A stretch of 64,000 nt of DNA from an uncultured Candidatus Rokubacteria bacterium. GTDB taxonomy: Bacteria > Methylomirabilota > Methylomirabilia > Rokubacteriales > CSP1-6. Under the pieces are notes generated by a model that was not told the origin of the DNA, made no database searches, and saw only the letters and a list, made by a program, of their open reading frames with translations. Positions 44,586 through 54,307 of this stretch are shown piece by piece (position 1 is the first letter of the stretch; every line of letters begins with the position of its first letter). The stretch covers positions 1,152,001 to 1,216,000 of the forward strand of contig CAVWWD010000008.1 of the NCBI GenBank assembly GCA_963758635.1, read 5' to 3'. The translations under genes were made by a program, and so were the position numbers.

Positions 44586-44884
44586 GCCGTGAGCATATCA
44601 CCCGGATTCCGGCGCCCGGCGCGATGCTGCGACCTGCGCGATGCTGCGTGAGCGTGCTCGCGCCGTCGGGGAAGTAGCCGGGGAAGCCGAGGTCGGACAC
44701 GATCACGTCCACGTTCGGCACGAGGAGCTGCTGGAGCGCGGTGACGCCTTCCACGCTCGTGCTCACGCTGACGAACCACAGCTCGGCCTCCGGGGCTGTG
44801 CCGCGAAGGATCGCGCAGATTCGCCCGGCAACGCGCCCCGCCGCGCCCTGACGCGGCGTCCCTCCCGGCGGCTATACTCGTCCC

Positions 44885-45118
44885 GTGGATCGCGAGAGGG
44901 TCAGGCGCTGGATCGCCGGCTTCGAGGCCGTCGAGGCGGCGGACCGCGAGGAGCGGCGACGGCACGGGCCGGACCCGGCGTGGTCCATCCGCATCGCGCT
45001 GTCCATGATCGAGGCGGCGCGGAGCGCCCCCGGCGGCGCTCCTGTGGATCCGACCCGCGCCGCTGACGACGCCAGGGTGCGCGCCACGTGGGCGCGGCTG
45101 CGCACCCGCCTCGGGTGA
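44885..45118 (+). CDS. Small hypothetical protein coupled to the nucleotidyltransferase
   Basis: TATACT 6 nt before the GTG; stop overlaps the next start (GTGA). Confidence 0.6.
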   Translation: MDRERVRRWIAGFEAVEAADREERRRHGPDPAWSIRIALSMIEAARSAPGGAPVDPTRAADDARVRATWARLRTRLG

Positions 45119-45732
45119 GCGAGCACCCGCCGTCCGACTTCGTTGCCGCGCTCCGGGCGCTCGGGGACGGGCTCGAAGGCCTGGGGCTCCCGTGGATGAT
45201 CATCGGCGGTGTCGCCGTGATCGCCAGCGGCGTCGCCCGGTACACGGCTGACATCGACGCCACGCTCTCCGCCCCCGAGGAATCCCTCGAGCGCGTCCAG
45301 GCCGCCTTGCGCGAGCGAGGCATCGAAGCCCGCATCGAGTCCGCCGCCGCATTCGCCCGCGATCATCACGTCCTGCTCCTGCGGCACGAGTCCTCGGGGG
45401 TGCCCATTGACGTGAGTCTCGCCTTGCTTCCGTTCGAGACCGAGGCCCTCCGAGCCAGCCGCGCCATCGAGTACGCGGGCGTCACGGTGCCGGTGGCCGC
45501 GGTGGACGATCTGATCGTCTACAAGCTCGTGGCGTCACGCCCAAAGGACATCGACGACGCCGCGCGCCTGCTCGCGCTGCACGGGCCGAGCCTGGACGTC
45601 GCGCGGATCAGGCGAACCGTTGCGGAGTTCGCGGAGGCGCTAGAAGATCGCGAGCGCCCGGCCGTGCTGGAGCGCCTCCTCCGCGAGGCCGGGCTCGCGC
45701 CGGGAGACGGCGCTACAGGGCCAGCTCGTTGA
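45115..45732 (+). CDS. Pol-beta-superfamily nucleotidyltransferase (TA/Abi-associated type)
   Basis: IIGGVAV..RYTADID and DLIVYKLVASRPKDIDD. Confidence 0.82.
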   Translation: MSEHPPSDFVAALRALGDGLEGLGLPWMIIGGVAVIASGVARYTADIDATLSAPEESLERVQAALRERGIEARIESAAAFARDHHVLLLRHESSGVPIDVSLALLPFETEALRASRAIEYAGVTVPVAAVDDLIVYKLVASRPKDIDDAARLLALHGPSLDVARIRRTVAEFAEALEDRERPAVLERLLREAGLAPGDGATGPAR

Positions 45733-46930
45733 TCGAGAAGATGGCCATGAGCATGGCCACCACGATGAAGCCGACCAGGAGGCCCATCGTCAGGATGATG
45801 CACGGCTCGAGCAGGCCCACGAGGCGCTTCACCGCCTTGCGCACGTCGGTTTCAAAGGCGGCGGCTACACGCAGCAGCATCTCGTCGAGCTTCCCCGTCT
45901 CCTCGCCGATCCGTACCAGGTGACGGGCCAGCAGCGGAAAGACGCCGGTCTCGCCCATGGGCGTGGAGAGGCCGGCGCCGCGGCGCACGCCCTCGCCGAG
46001 CCGGTCCACCGCGTTGGCTAGCACCTGGTTGCCGAGCATCTGCCGCACCACCGCGAGCGCGGCCACCACCGGCACGCCGCTCTGGAGGAGCGTGCCCAGC
46101 ACGCGCGCGAAGCGCGCCACCTCGCCCTTGAGGACCACGGGGCCAATCAGGGGCGTGGCCAGCGCCGCCTGATCCATCGCGAGCCGGCCCGCCGGGTTGG
46201 CCAGGGTGAGACGGACGGCGAGGATGGCCGCCAGGATGGCCAGCGCGCCCACCCACCAGTAGGTCTGGATGCCCGAGCTGACCGCCAGGAGGATCTGCGT
46301 GGACAGCGGCAGGGACTGACCCAGGTCGCGGAAGATCTCGCCGAAGCGGGGGATCACGAACGTGAGGAGGAAGATGACGGCGCCCGCGCCCACCAGCGTC
46401 AGCAGCGCCGGGTAGATCGACGCCGACACCACCGCCTCGCGGAACTCCTGCGATTCGCGCAGGAACTCGGCCAGCCGCTTGAGCGTGGCCTCCAGGAAGC
46501 CGCCCTTCTCGCCGGCTCGCACCATGTGGATGTACAGGCGCGAGAACGGGCGTGGGTGGTGCTTGGCGAGCGCGTCGGAAAACGCGGCGCCGCCGCGGAC
46601 GCTGCGCAGGAGGTCGCCGGTGATCTCGCGCAGCCGCGCATGCTGGGTCAGCTCCTCCAGGATGCCGAGGGAGCGGTCGATGGGCACGCCGGCCTCGAGC
46701 AGGGTGGCGAGCTGCTGCGTGAACTCCACCAGGTCGCGGTGGCTGACCCGGCGCACGCCCAGGGAGGACAGCGCGAAGCTCGCGCGCCCCTCGTCCTGCG
46801 GCGCCACCTTGATGGGGAAGTACGCGTCGCGCTGGAGGCGCTCCACCACGGAGCGGGCGTCGGGGGCGTCCATGACGCCCTCGATGGCCTTGCCCTGGCG
46901 GTCGGCGGCGCGATAGAGGAAGACGGGCAT
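45713..46930 (-). CDS. gspF: Type II secretion inner-membrane platform protein
   Basis: FTQQLATLLEAGVP, MVRAGEKGG and IGEETGKLDEML. Confidence 0.93.
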   Translation of the reverse strand: MPVFLYRAADRQGKAIEGVMDAPDARSVVERLQRDAYFPIKVAPQDEGRASFALSSLGVRRVSHRDLVEFTQQLATLLEAGVPIDRSLGILEELTQHARLREITGDLLRSVRGGAAFSDALAKHHPRPFSRLYIHMVRAGEKGGFLEATLKRLAEFLRESQEFREAVVSASIYPALLTLVGAGAVIFLLTFVIPRFGEIFRDLGQSLPLSTQILLAVSSGIQTYWWVGALAILAAILAVRLTLANPAGRLAMDQAALATPLIGPVVLKGEVARFARVLGTLLQSGVPVVAALAVVRQMLGNQVLANAVDRLGEGVRRGAGLSTPMGETGVFPLLARHLVRIGEETGKLDEMLLRVAAAFETDVRKAVKRLVGLLEPCIILTMGLLVGFIVVAMLMAIFSINELAL

Positions 46931-48624
46931 CAGCCGTCTTCCTGCGTGACCCGCAGGAGCTCCTCCACCGTGGTCACGCCGGCGGCGGCCTTGGCCCAGC
47001 CGTCCTCGCGAAGCGTGGTGAGCTCCCGGTGCTCGATGGCGTGGCGGCGGATCTCGCCCGCGGAGGCGCGCCGCAGGATGTGCCCACGGATCTCCTCGGT
47101 GATCAGCAAGAGCTCGTAGATCGCCGTGCGCCCGCGGTAGCCGGTGCCGCGGCAGCCTTCGCAGCCCGCGCCGCGGTAGAGGCGCGCGCCCCCGGTATCG
47201 CGAATGCCCAGCGCCAGGAGGTCCGCGGTGGGCGGCTCGTGCGGCACGCGGCAGCGCTGGCAGATGCGGCGCACCAGCCGCTGGGCCACCACGCCCTCCA
47301 GCACGGAGGACAGGAGATACGGCTCGGCGCCCATGTCCTCGAGCCGCGACACGGCGCCGGGCGCGTCGTTCGTGTGCAGCGTGGAGAACACCAGGTGCCC
47401 GGTGAGCGCAGCCTGGATGGCGATCTCCGCCGTCTCGAGGTCGCGGATCTCGCCCACCATGATCACGTCCGGGTCCTGCCGCACGATCGATCGGAGGCCG
47501 CTCGCGAACGTGAGCCCGATGGTGGGCCGCACCGGGATCTGGTTCACGCCCCTGAGCTGGTACTCCACCGGGTCCTCGACGGTGATGATCTTCTTGTCCG
47601 GCCCGTTGATCTTGTCGAGCGAGGCGTAGAGCGTGGTGGTCTTGCCCGAGCCCGTCGGGCCGGTCACCAGCACGATGCCATGGGGCATGTGGATGAGGCG
47701 CGTGAAGCGCTTCTCCAGCTCCGCGGTGAGCCCGAGGTTCTCTAGCGGCAGGAACACGGTGGACCGGTCCAGGAGCCGCATCACGATCGACTCGCCGTGC
47801 ACGGTGGGCACGGTGGACACGCGGATGTCCACGCGGCGGCCGTGCAGCGTCACGCGAATGCGTCCGTCCTGGGGCAGGCGGCGCTCCGCGATGTTCATGT
47901 CCGCCATGAGCTTCACGCGCGAGGTGAGCGCGGCCTGCAGGCGCCGGGGCGGCGACTCCTGGTCGTACAGGATGCCGTCGATGCGGTAGCGCACGCGGAG
48001 CGCGTCCTCGAACGGTTCGATGTGGATGTCCGAGGCCTCCGCGGTCATCGCGTCCTCGATGAGGAGGTTGGCCAGGCGCACCACCGGCGCCTCGAACGCC
48101 ATGTCGCGGAGGTGCGTGATGTCCTCCTCGCCGTCGCCCTCGCCGTCGGTGCCGCCGATACCCTCCACGATCTTCTGGAGCGCCGTGGTCGAGCCCGCGC
48201 CGTACGTGCGCTCGATGGCCTCCAGGATGGCCTCGGGCGGCGCCACGCAGAGACGCACGCTCGCGCCCAGGCTCTGGCGGAGGTCGTCGAGCAGCACGGG
48301 GTTGGTGGGATCGGCGGCGGCCAGCGTGACGGCGCCGCCCTCGACGGACACGGGGCACGCCACGTACTCCTGGAGGTACTTCGGCGAGAGGTTCTTCATC
48401 ACGGGCAGCGCGGACGGGAACTCCTCGCGGGAGAGGAACGGCAGGCCCACCTGAGTGGCCAGCGCGCGGAGCACGTCGTCCCGGCTCACCGCGCGCATGG
48501 CGATGAGCGCCTCGCCGATCCGCTCGTGGCTCCGCTGCGCGCGCATCAGCGCGGCGTCGAGCGTCTCCTGGGTCATGACGCCGACCTCGAGGAGGATCTG
48601 TCCGAGGAGCTTCCTGGAGGGCAT
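46930..48624 (-). CDS. gspE: Type II secretion ATPase
   Basis: [32 protein letters not shown] and two CxxC motifs. Confidence 0.95.
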   Translation of the reverse strand: MPSRKLLGQILLEVGVMTQETLDAALMRAQRSHERIGEALIAMRAVSRDDVLRALATQVGLPFLSREEFPSALPVMKNLSPKYLQEYVACPVSVEGGAVTLAAADPTNPVLLDDLRQSLGASVRLCVAPPEAILEAIERTYGAGSTTALQKIVEGIGGTDGEGDGEEDITHLRDMAFEAPVVRLANLLIEDAMTAEASDIHIEPFEDALRVRYRIDGILYDQESPPRRLQAALTSRVKLMADMNIAERRLPQDGRIRVTLHGRRVDIRVSTVPTVHGESIVMRLLDRSTVFLPLENLGLTAELEKRFTRLIHMPHGIVLVTGPTGSGKTTTLYASLDKINGPDKKIITVEDPVEYQLRGVNQIPVRPTIGLTFASGLRSIVRQDPDVIMVGEIRDLETAEIAIQAALTGHLVFSTLHTNDAPGAVSRLEDMGAEPYLLSSVLEGVVAQRLVRRICQRCRVPHEPPTADLLALGIRDTGGARLYRGAGCEGCRGTGYRGRTAIYELLLITEEIRGHILRRASAGEIRRHAIEHRELTTLREDGWAKAAAGVTTVEELLRVTQEDG

Positions 48625-48775
48625 CTGCAGCGAGTCTAGCACCGGGCTCCAGGGCACCCCTGGAGATTGGGAAACGGCGCCCCGTTGGGCGTCGGGAATC
48701 CTGTCAGCCGCGGGCGGTGCAAGTCGTGCAGGGTGTTTGCCCGTAGCAAAGGCACCGGTATATCCTCACCTTCCA

Positions 48776-49237
48776 ATGACACCCTCGTCCTCGCGCCACC
48801 GCATCCTCGTCCTCCACGGGCCCAACCTGAACCTTCTGGGCACGCGCGAGCCCGGCGTCTACGGCCACGTGACGCTGGCCGAGGTCGATCGCGGCATCGA
48901 GCGCCACGCCGCCGAGCGGGGCGCCGAGGTGACGTGCCGCCAGTCGAACCACGAGGGGCAGCTCGTGGACTGGACGCAGGCGGCGGCGGGCGAGGGGTTC
49001 GCGGCGATCGTCATGAACCCGGGCGCGTTGACCCACTACTCCATCGCCCTGCGCGACGCGGTGGCCGCGGTGACGGTGCCCGTGGTCGAGGTGCACCTGT
49101 CAAACGTCCACGCCCGCGAGGAGTTCCGGCGGCGGTCGGTCATCGCGGCCGTGGCCGTGGGGCAGATCGCCGGGTTCGGCCCTGCCAGCTACCTCCTCGG
49201 CCTCGACGCCGTCCTTTCTCTCCTTCCCCGCGAATGA
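48776..49237 (+). CDS. aroQ: Type II 3-dehydroquinate dehydratase
   Basis: [18 protein letters not shown] and [14 protein letters not shown]. Confidence 0.96.
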   Translation: MTPSSSRHRILVLHGPNLNLLGTREPGVYGHVTLAEVDRGIERHAAERGAEVTCRQSNHEGQLVDWTQAAAGEGFAAIVMNPGALTHYSIALRDAVAAVTVPVVEVHLSNVHAREEFRRRSVIAAVAVGQIAGFGPASYLLGLDAVLSLLPRE

Positions 49238-49298
49238 CATCCATCCCCCCGGCGTCTCATCGGTGGCGCGGTAGAGGCCGCCCGCACGGCAGCAGCCG

Positions 49299-50393
49299 TT
49301 GACCGACGCCCCGGCCGGGGCTCCCGAGGTCGATGACCGCGAGCTGATCCGCCGCTGCCAGGCCGGGGACATCGCGGCCTTCGAGCCGCTCGTCGAGAAG
49401 TACCGGCAGCGGGTGTGGCGCCTGGCCTACCAGGTCCTGCGGGACAGGGAAGAGGCGTGGGATTGCGCGCAGGAGGCGTTCGTCCGGGCCTACTCCTCGC
49501 TGTCGTCCTTCCGCGGACAGTCGGCCTTCTACACGTGGCTCTTCCGCATCACCGTCAACGTGGCGACGGACCGGCACCGCTCCCGCGGCGCTCGCACGCG
49601 GGCGCTGGGCGGCGATCCGATCCCCGAGGAGGAATGGGAGCGGACCGCGATCGACACCGAGCGCGGGCCGGACGAGGCGGCCGTGCAGGCGGAGCAGCGC
49701 GAGCGTATCCGCGCCGCCCTCGATAGCTTGCCGGTCAAGGCGCGAACCATTATCATGCTCAGCAACGTCGAGGGTCTGACGTACAAAGAAATCGCAGAGG
49801 TGCTGAACTGCCCGATCGGAACCGTGATGTCCAGGCTGCATAACGCGCGCAAGCGCCTGCGTTCGCTGCTGGGGCCGATGCTCGCGGTGGTCCTGATCGT
49901 GATGGCGGCGCTGCTGGCCTTCGGGATCGGGCAGGGACAGGCGGGAGAGCCGATCGTCCGGTTTGGCGTGAGGGTGCTGCAGGCCTCGAACACGCCCGGG
50001 CCCGCTCTGGCTACGGCCCCGCGCGCGCTGGCCCCGGCCGGCCAGACGCCGGATCCCGAGGTCGATCCGCGGATGCAGCGGCTCCTCCCTCATCTCCGGA
50101 GCCTTTTCCGCTATTCCGACTACACCACGCTCGACCGGCACCGCGCCGAGGTCACGCTGGGCACGCATCAGCGGTTCATGCTGCCCGGCACGCGCCAGCT
50201 CGAGGTGGTGCCCGAGCAGCTCCACGGCCAGTCGGTCCGGATGACCGTGCGTCTCTTCAAGGGCGAGCATCCCGAGCTGCGCACCAGCATCGTGGCCGCG
50301 CCCGGCGCGCCGGCCGTGTTCGGCGGCCCCGCCCACGGCGACGGCGTCCTGATCATCATCCTCTGGGCCAACCCCAACCCCCCGCCGCGGTGA
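49299..50393 (+). CDS. ECF sigma factor fused to a TM helix and a ~145-aa extracytoplasmic domain
   Basis: Sigma2 (FYTWLFRITVN) and sigma4 (YKEIAEVLNCPIGTVMSRLHNAR), then MLAVVLIVMAALLAFGIG in frame. Confidence 0.85.
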   Translation: MTDAPAGAPEVDDRELIRRCQAGDIAAFEPLVEKYRQRVWRLAYQVLRDREEAWDCAQEAFVRAYSSLSSFRGQSAFYTWLFRITVNVATDRHRSRGARTRALGGDPIPEEEWERTAIDTERGPDEAAVQAEQRERIRAALDSLPVKARTIIMLSNVEGLTYKEIAEVLNCPIGTVMSRLHNARKRLRSLLGPMLAVVLIVMAALLAFGIGQGQAGEPIVRFGVRVLQASNTPGPALATAPRALAPAGQTPDPEVDPRMQRLLPHLRSLFRYSDYTTLDRHRAEVTLGTHQRFMLPGTRQLEVVPEQLHGQSVRMTVRLFKGEHPELRTSIVAAPGAPAVFGGPAHGDGVLIIILWANPNPPPR

Positions 50394-50764
50394 CCGCGTC
50401 GAGCGCCGCGCGCCGCACGGTGCGGGCGGGCGAAGCCCGGGTGCCCGACCCGATTGGTGACGTCGAGCGCCGCGCGCCGCACGGTGCGGGCGGGCGAAGC
50501 CCGGGTGCCCGCCCGATTGGTGACGTTGAGCGCCGCGAGCCGCACGGTGCGGGCGGGCGAAGCCCGGGTGCCCGCCCGATTGGTGACGTTGAGCGCAGCG
50601 AGCCGCACGGTGCGGGCGGGCGAAGCCCGGGTGCCCGCCCGATTGGTGACGTCGAGCGCAGCGAGCCGCACGGTGCGGGCGGGCGAAGCCCGGGTGCCCG
50701 CCCGATTGGTGACGTCGAGCGCAGCGAGCCGCACGGTGCGGGCGGGCGAAGCCCGGGTGCCCGC
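50390..50764. repeat. Six tandem 63-bp palindromic (REP-like) units
   Basis: Units start at 50390, 50456, 50519, 50582, 50645 and 50708; core CGGGCGGGCGAAGCCCGGGTGCCCGCCCG. Confidence 0.95.
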
Positions 50765-50790
50765 ACCATGGTGATCCGTCCGGGCGTCGC

Positions 50791-52314
50791 ATGACCGAAG
50801 AGCGCTATTTCGCGACGCGCGCCCGCATCGAGCAGGGGCACGTCAAGTACCGCGACAAGCTCAAGGAGGAAGGCAAGCTCTTCGTCCGCGACCGCCTCAA
50901 GCTCCTCCTCGACCCCGGCACCGAGTTCCAGGAAGACTTCCTCTTCGCCCGCAACCAGGAGGCCGACACCCCGGCCGACGGCGTCGTGACCGGTGTGGGC
51001 ACGGTGGGCGGGCGCACCGTCTGCGTCATGGCCAACGACTACACGGTGAAGGCCGGCTCGTGGGGCGAGAAGACGGTGCAGAAGATCGTCCGCATCCAGG
51101 AGCGCGCGCAGCGGCTCCAGGTGCCCCTCCTCTACCTGGTGGACGCCGCGGGCGGCCGCATCTCCGAGCAGATCAAGATCTTCCCCGGGCGCTATCACGC
51201 CGGGCGCATCTTCTACAATGAGGTGCAGCTCTCCGGCGTGGTGCCGCAGGTGTGCATCCTGTTCGGCCCGTCGCCCGCCGGCTCCGCGTACCTGCCCGCG
51301 CTCACCGACTGCGTGATCATGGTGGACGGCAAGGCGAGCCTCTACGTCGGCTCGCCCCGCATGGTCGAGATGGCGATCGGCGAGAAGATCTCGCTCGAGG
51401 AGCTCGGCGGCGCGCGCATGCACTGCTCGGTGTCGGGCTGCGGCGACGTGCTCGCCGGCTCGGACGAGGACGCCATCGAGCTCTGCAAGCGCTACCTCGC
51501 GTTCATGCCCGCTTCGTACAAGGAGCGCCCGGCCGCGGTCGCCGCCCAGGCGTCCAAGGCCGGACGGCCCATCGAGGAGATCGTTCCCTACGACCAGCGC
51601 AAGTGGTTCGACATGTACGAGCTGATCGACCGCGTGATCGACCAGGGCACGTTCTTCGAGATCAAGCGCATGTTCGCGGGCGAGATCATCGTGGGCTTCG
51701 CGCGGCTCGGCGGGCGCGCCGTGGGCCTGGTGGCCAACCAGCCCAAGGTCAAGGGCGGCGTCCTCATGGTGGACTCCTCGGACAAGGCGGCGCGGTTCAT
51801 CTCGCTGTGCAACGCCTTCAACATCCCGCTCGTGTACCTGGCCGACGTGTCGGGCTTCATGGTGGGGAGCAAGGTGGAGCGGGCCGGGATCATCCGCCAC
51901 GGGGCGAAGATGGTGTTCGCCACCTCGCAGGCCACGGTGCCGAAGATCTGCGTGGTCGTGCGCAAGTGCTACGGCGCCGGCCTCTACGCCATGTGCGGGC
52001 CCGCCTTCGAGCCCGACGCCGCGCTCTCGCTGCCGCAGGGGCAGATCGCGATCATGGGCCCCGAGCCCGCCGTGAACGCCGTCTACTACAACCGCATCAT
52101 GGAGCTGCCCGAGGCCGAGCGCGCCGCCTACGTGAAGGCCAAGCGCGACGAGTACGCCGCCGACGTGGACGTCTACAAGCTCGCCTCCGAGATGCTCGTG
52201 GACGGCATCGTCGCGGGCTCGGAGCTGCGCGACGAGCTGATCAAGCGCCTGGCCTACGCCGAGTCCAAGCAGCACGCGTTCCCGCCCCGCCGCAACCCCG
52301 TCGTCCCCGTCTGA
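50791..52314 (+). CDS. Acyl-CoA carboxylase carboxyltransferase (beta) subunit
   Basis: ADGVVTG, ANDYTVKAGS, LGGARMH and GFMVGSKVERAGIIRHGAK. Confidence 0.93.
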   Translation: MTEERYFATRARIEQGHVKYRDKLKEEGKLFVRDRLKLLLDPGTEFQEDFLFARNQEADTPADGVVTGVGTVGGRTVCVMANDYTVKAGSWGEKTVQKIVRIQERAQRLQVPLLYLVDAAGGRISEQIKIFPGRYHAGRIFYNEVQLSGVVPQVCILFGPSPAGSAYLPALTDCVIMVDGKASLYVGSPRMVEMAIGEKISLEELGGARMHCSVSGCGDVLAGSDEDAIELCKRYLAFMPASYKERPAAVAAQASKAGRPIEEIVPYDQRKWFDMYELIDRVIDQGTFFEIKRMFAGEIIVGFARLGGRAVGLVANQPKVKGGVLMVDSSDKAARFISLCNAFNIPLVYLADVSGFMVGSKVERAGIIRHGAKMVFATSQATVPKICVVVRKCYGAGLYAMCGPAFEPDAALSLPQGQIAIMGPEPAVNAVYYNRIMELPEAERAAYVKAKRDEYAADVDVYKLASEMLVDGIVAGSELRDELIKRLAYAESKQHAFPPRRNPVVPV

Positions 52315-52487
52315 TGCGACGGAAGAACGACGCGCCCCGGCGACGGGCCCGGGTGACCCCCGCACCCAGCCCCAGATCGATCGACAGCACGTCCTTTCGT
52401 GCTCGTGCTCGCAAGTTCCGCCGGACGCTCTCGGGCCGGAAGCACAGCGACAGCACCGGGCTGATTCGCGCAGACCGCGATCGGTGA
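52314..52487 (+). pseudogene. Antitoxin-like remnant
   Basis: Ends HSDSTGLIRADRDR, a C-terminus typical of antitoxins that precede PIN toxins. Confidence 0.35.
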
Positions 52488-52593
52488 GCCTGGTGGGTTG
52501 GCGCTTCGCGATAGATACGTCCTCGCCGCACCAGGTGCGTGTATCAATTCAGGCTCACTTGGATCGCGCGTTTCGCGGCGATAGGATCGCGTT

Positions 52594-52875
52594 GTGGACG
52601 CCCGCTACTACATCGATCCAGAAACAGGCCTGCCCCACATCCATCGCCATGCGGTCACCGAGGAAGAGGTTGAAGAGGTGCTCCGCCGCCCGATGGAGGA
52701 CAGACCTGGACGAGAGGGCTCCAGAGTCGCCCTGGGGCGGACGCGGTCAGGCCGATATTTGCGAGTCATCTACGTTCCCGACTCCAGACCCGAGTCGGTG
52801 TTCGTCATCACCGCGTACCAGCTCCAAGGCAATGCGCTGTGGGCACTCAGACGGCGGCGAAGGAGGAAGGGATGA
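52594..52875 (+). CDS. BrnT/DUF4258-like putative RNase toxin
   Basis: HAVTEEEVEEVL..ALGRTRSGRYLRVIY..FVITAY. Confidence 0.75.
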   Translation: MDARYYIDPETGLPHIHRHAVTEEEVEEVLRRPMEDRPGREGSRVALGRTRSGRYLRVIYVPDSRPESVFVITAYQLQGNALWALRRRRRRKG

Positions 52876-53072
52876 GGCAGACTGAGTACCCGCCCGGTTG
52901 GGACGCTGCGCGCGTCCACCGCGTTCTCGACCACTACGAGGCCCAGTCGGACGACGAGGCCGTCGCAGAGGACGAGGCCGCGTACGAAACCACCACGCAT
53001 ACCGCCATGGAAATTCCCGTGGAGCTTGTGCCAGCCGTGCGCGAACTCATCGCTAGAAGACGCCCTGGGTGA
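52872..53072 (+). CDS. Putative cognate antitoxin
   Basis: ATGA overlap with the toxin; acidic 66-aa protein YPPGWD..HYEAQSDDEAVAEDEAA. Confidence 0.7.
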   Translation: MRQTEYPPGWDAARVHRVLDHYEAQSDDEAVAEDEAAYETTTHTAMEIPVELVPAVRELIARRRPG

Positions 53073-53177
53073 GCGCGCGAGCACCTACTGCGACGCCTGA
53101 AGTCGTGCGCCGCGTGGCGAGGGCCAGGGGGCGCTGGCCGGTGGCCGTGGTCGACCTGGCGACGATCTGAGGCCGGC

Positions 53178-53570
53178 GTGGAGCGCGCGCCGGCGCTTGC
53201 GGTGGCGTTCACGCTGGCGAGCCTGCCCTTCCTCCTGCCGCACGTGATCGAGGACTTCCACCTGGGCATCGCAGGGCGCGTGGGTCTGCCCGCGGACGTA
53301 GGCGCCTCCTTCCTGGGCTTCGGGCTGGCCGCGCAGCTCCTCGGCCTGGTCCTGACTGCGCAGGGCCGGCGGGCCGGGCTCGCGATCCTCGCGGCGGCGA
53401 GCACGGTGTGGACTGCCGGCTCCGTGTGGGAGCACGGGCTTCCGCTCCTCGTGGAGGGCCTGGACTTTCGCGGCCGCGGACTCTCCGCGCTGTGGGCCGC
53501 CGGGCTCCTCGTGACTCAAGCGCTCGCCGCGGCGTGCGCGTGGGCCGGGCTGGCGCGGTGGCCTCGCTGA
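53178..53570 (+). CDS. Four-TM membrane protein, unknown function
   Basis: Hydrophobic helices with HVIEDF and WEHG. Confidence 0.6.
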   Translation: MERAPALAVAFTLASLPFLLPHVIEDFHLGIAGRVGLPADVGASFLGFGLAAQLLGLVLTAQGRRAGLAILAAASTVWTAGSVWEHGLPLLVEGLDFRGRGLSALWAAGLLVTQALAAACAWAGLARWPR

Positions 53571-54307
53571 TCCTCGCCGTGCGCTTCCTCACCGTCGTGC
53601 CCGTGCCCGGGCGCGAGGCCACGGGCCCGGGCGCGCTGGGACGCGCGGCGTGGTGGTTCCCGGTGGTCGGCGCGCTCCTCGGCGGCATGCTCGCCGCGGC
53701 CGACTGGACGCTCGCCCGCGTGTTCCCTTCGCTGGTCGCCGCCGTGCTGGTCGTGGCCTTCTGGAAGGTCGCCACCGGCGGCATCCACCTCGACGGGCTC
53801 GCGGACTGCCTCGACGCCCTCGGCGGCGGCAGCCGCGAGCGGCGGCTCGCCATCATGCGCGACCATCGGATCGGCGTGTTCGCGGCGGCGGGGCTGGGCC
53901 TGTCCCTCCTGCTCGCCGTCGCCGCCGTCGCCGAGCTCCCCGCGTCGCTGCGCGCCACCACGCTGATCGCTGCGCCCGCGCTCGGCCGGATCGCGCCTGC
54001 GCTGGCCGGTGCGTGCTTTCCGTCCGCCACTCCAGGGCAGGGCTCGGGCGCCGATTTCCTGAGCGGGCTGTCGCGGTGGGCGGGGTCGGCGCAGCTCGCC
54101 GTCGCCGTCGCGCTGGCGCCCCTGGTGCTCTGGCCAGGCGGCGTCGCGCTGGTCGCCGCCGCCGCGGGCGCGGCGCTCGCGTGGGCGGCCTTCATGGCGC
54201 GGCGCCTGGGCGGCGTCACCGGCGACGTGCTGGGCGGCGCCGTCGAGTGCGGCGAGCTGGCCGCGCTCCTCGCCGCCGCAGCGCTCGCGCACGGGGGCCC
54301 GCGATGA
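53558..54307 (+). CDS. cobS: Adenosylcobinamide-GDP ribazoletransferase
   Basis: RFLT, TGGIHLDGLADCLD, IMRDHRIG and GGVTGDVLGG. Confidence 0.93.
   Translation: MASLILAVRFLTVVPVPGREATGPGALGRAAWWFPVVGALLGGMLAAADWTLARVFPSLVAAVLVVAFWKVATGGIHLDGLADCLDALGGGSRERRLAIMRDHRIGVFAAAGLGLSLLLAVAAVAELPASLRATTLIAAPALGRIAPALAGACFPSATPGQGSGADFLSGLSRWAGSAQLAVAVALAPLVLWPGGVALVAAAAGAALAWAAFMARRLGGVTGDVLGGAVECGELAALLAAAALAHGGPR

Noticed and set aside
44640..44780. Response regulator gene
   Set aside because: Only a short VDVIVSDLGFP scrap with no start or complete domain
50390..50764. CRISPR array
   Set aside because: Units are contiguous and near-identical with no unique spacers, and no cas genes are present
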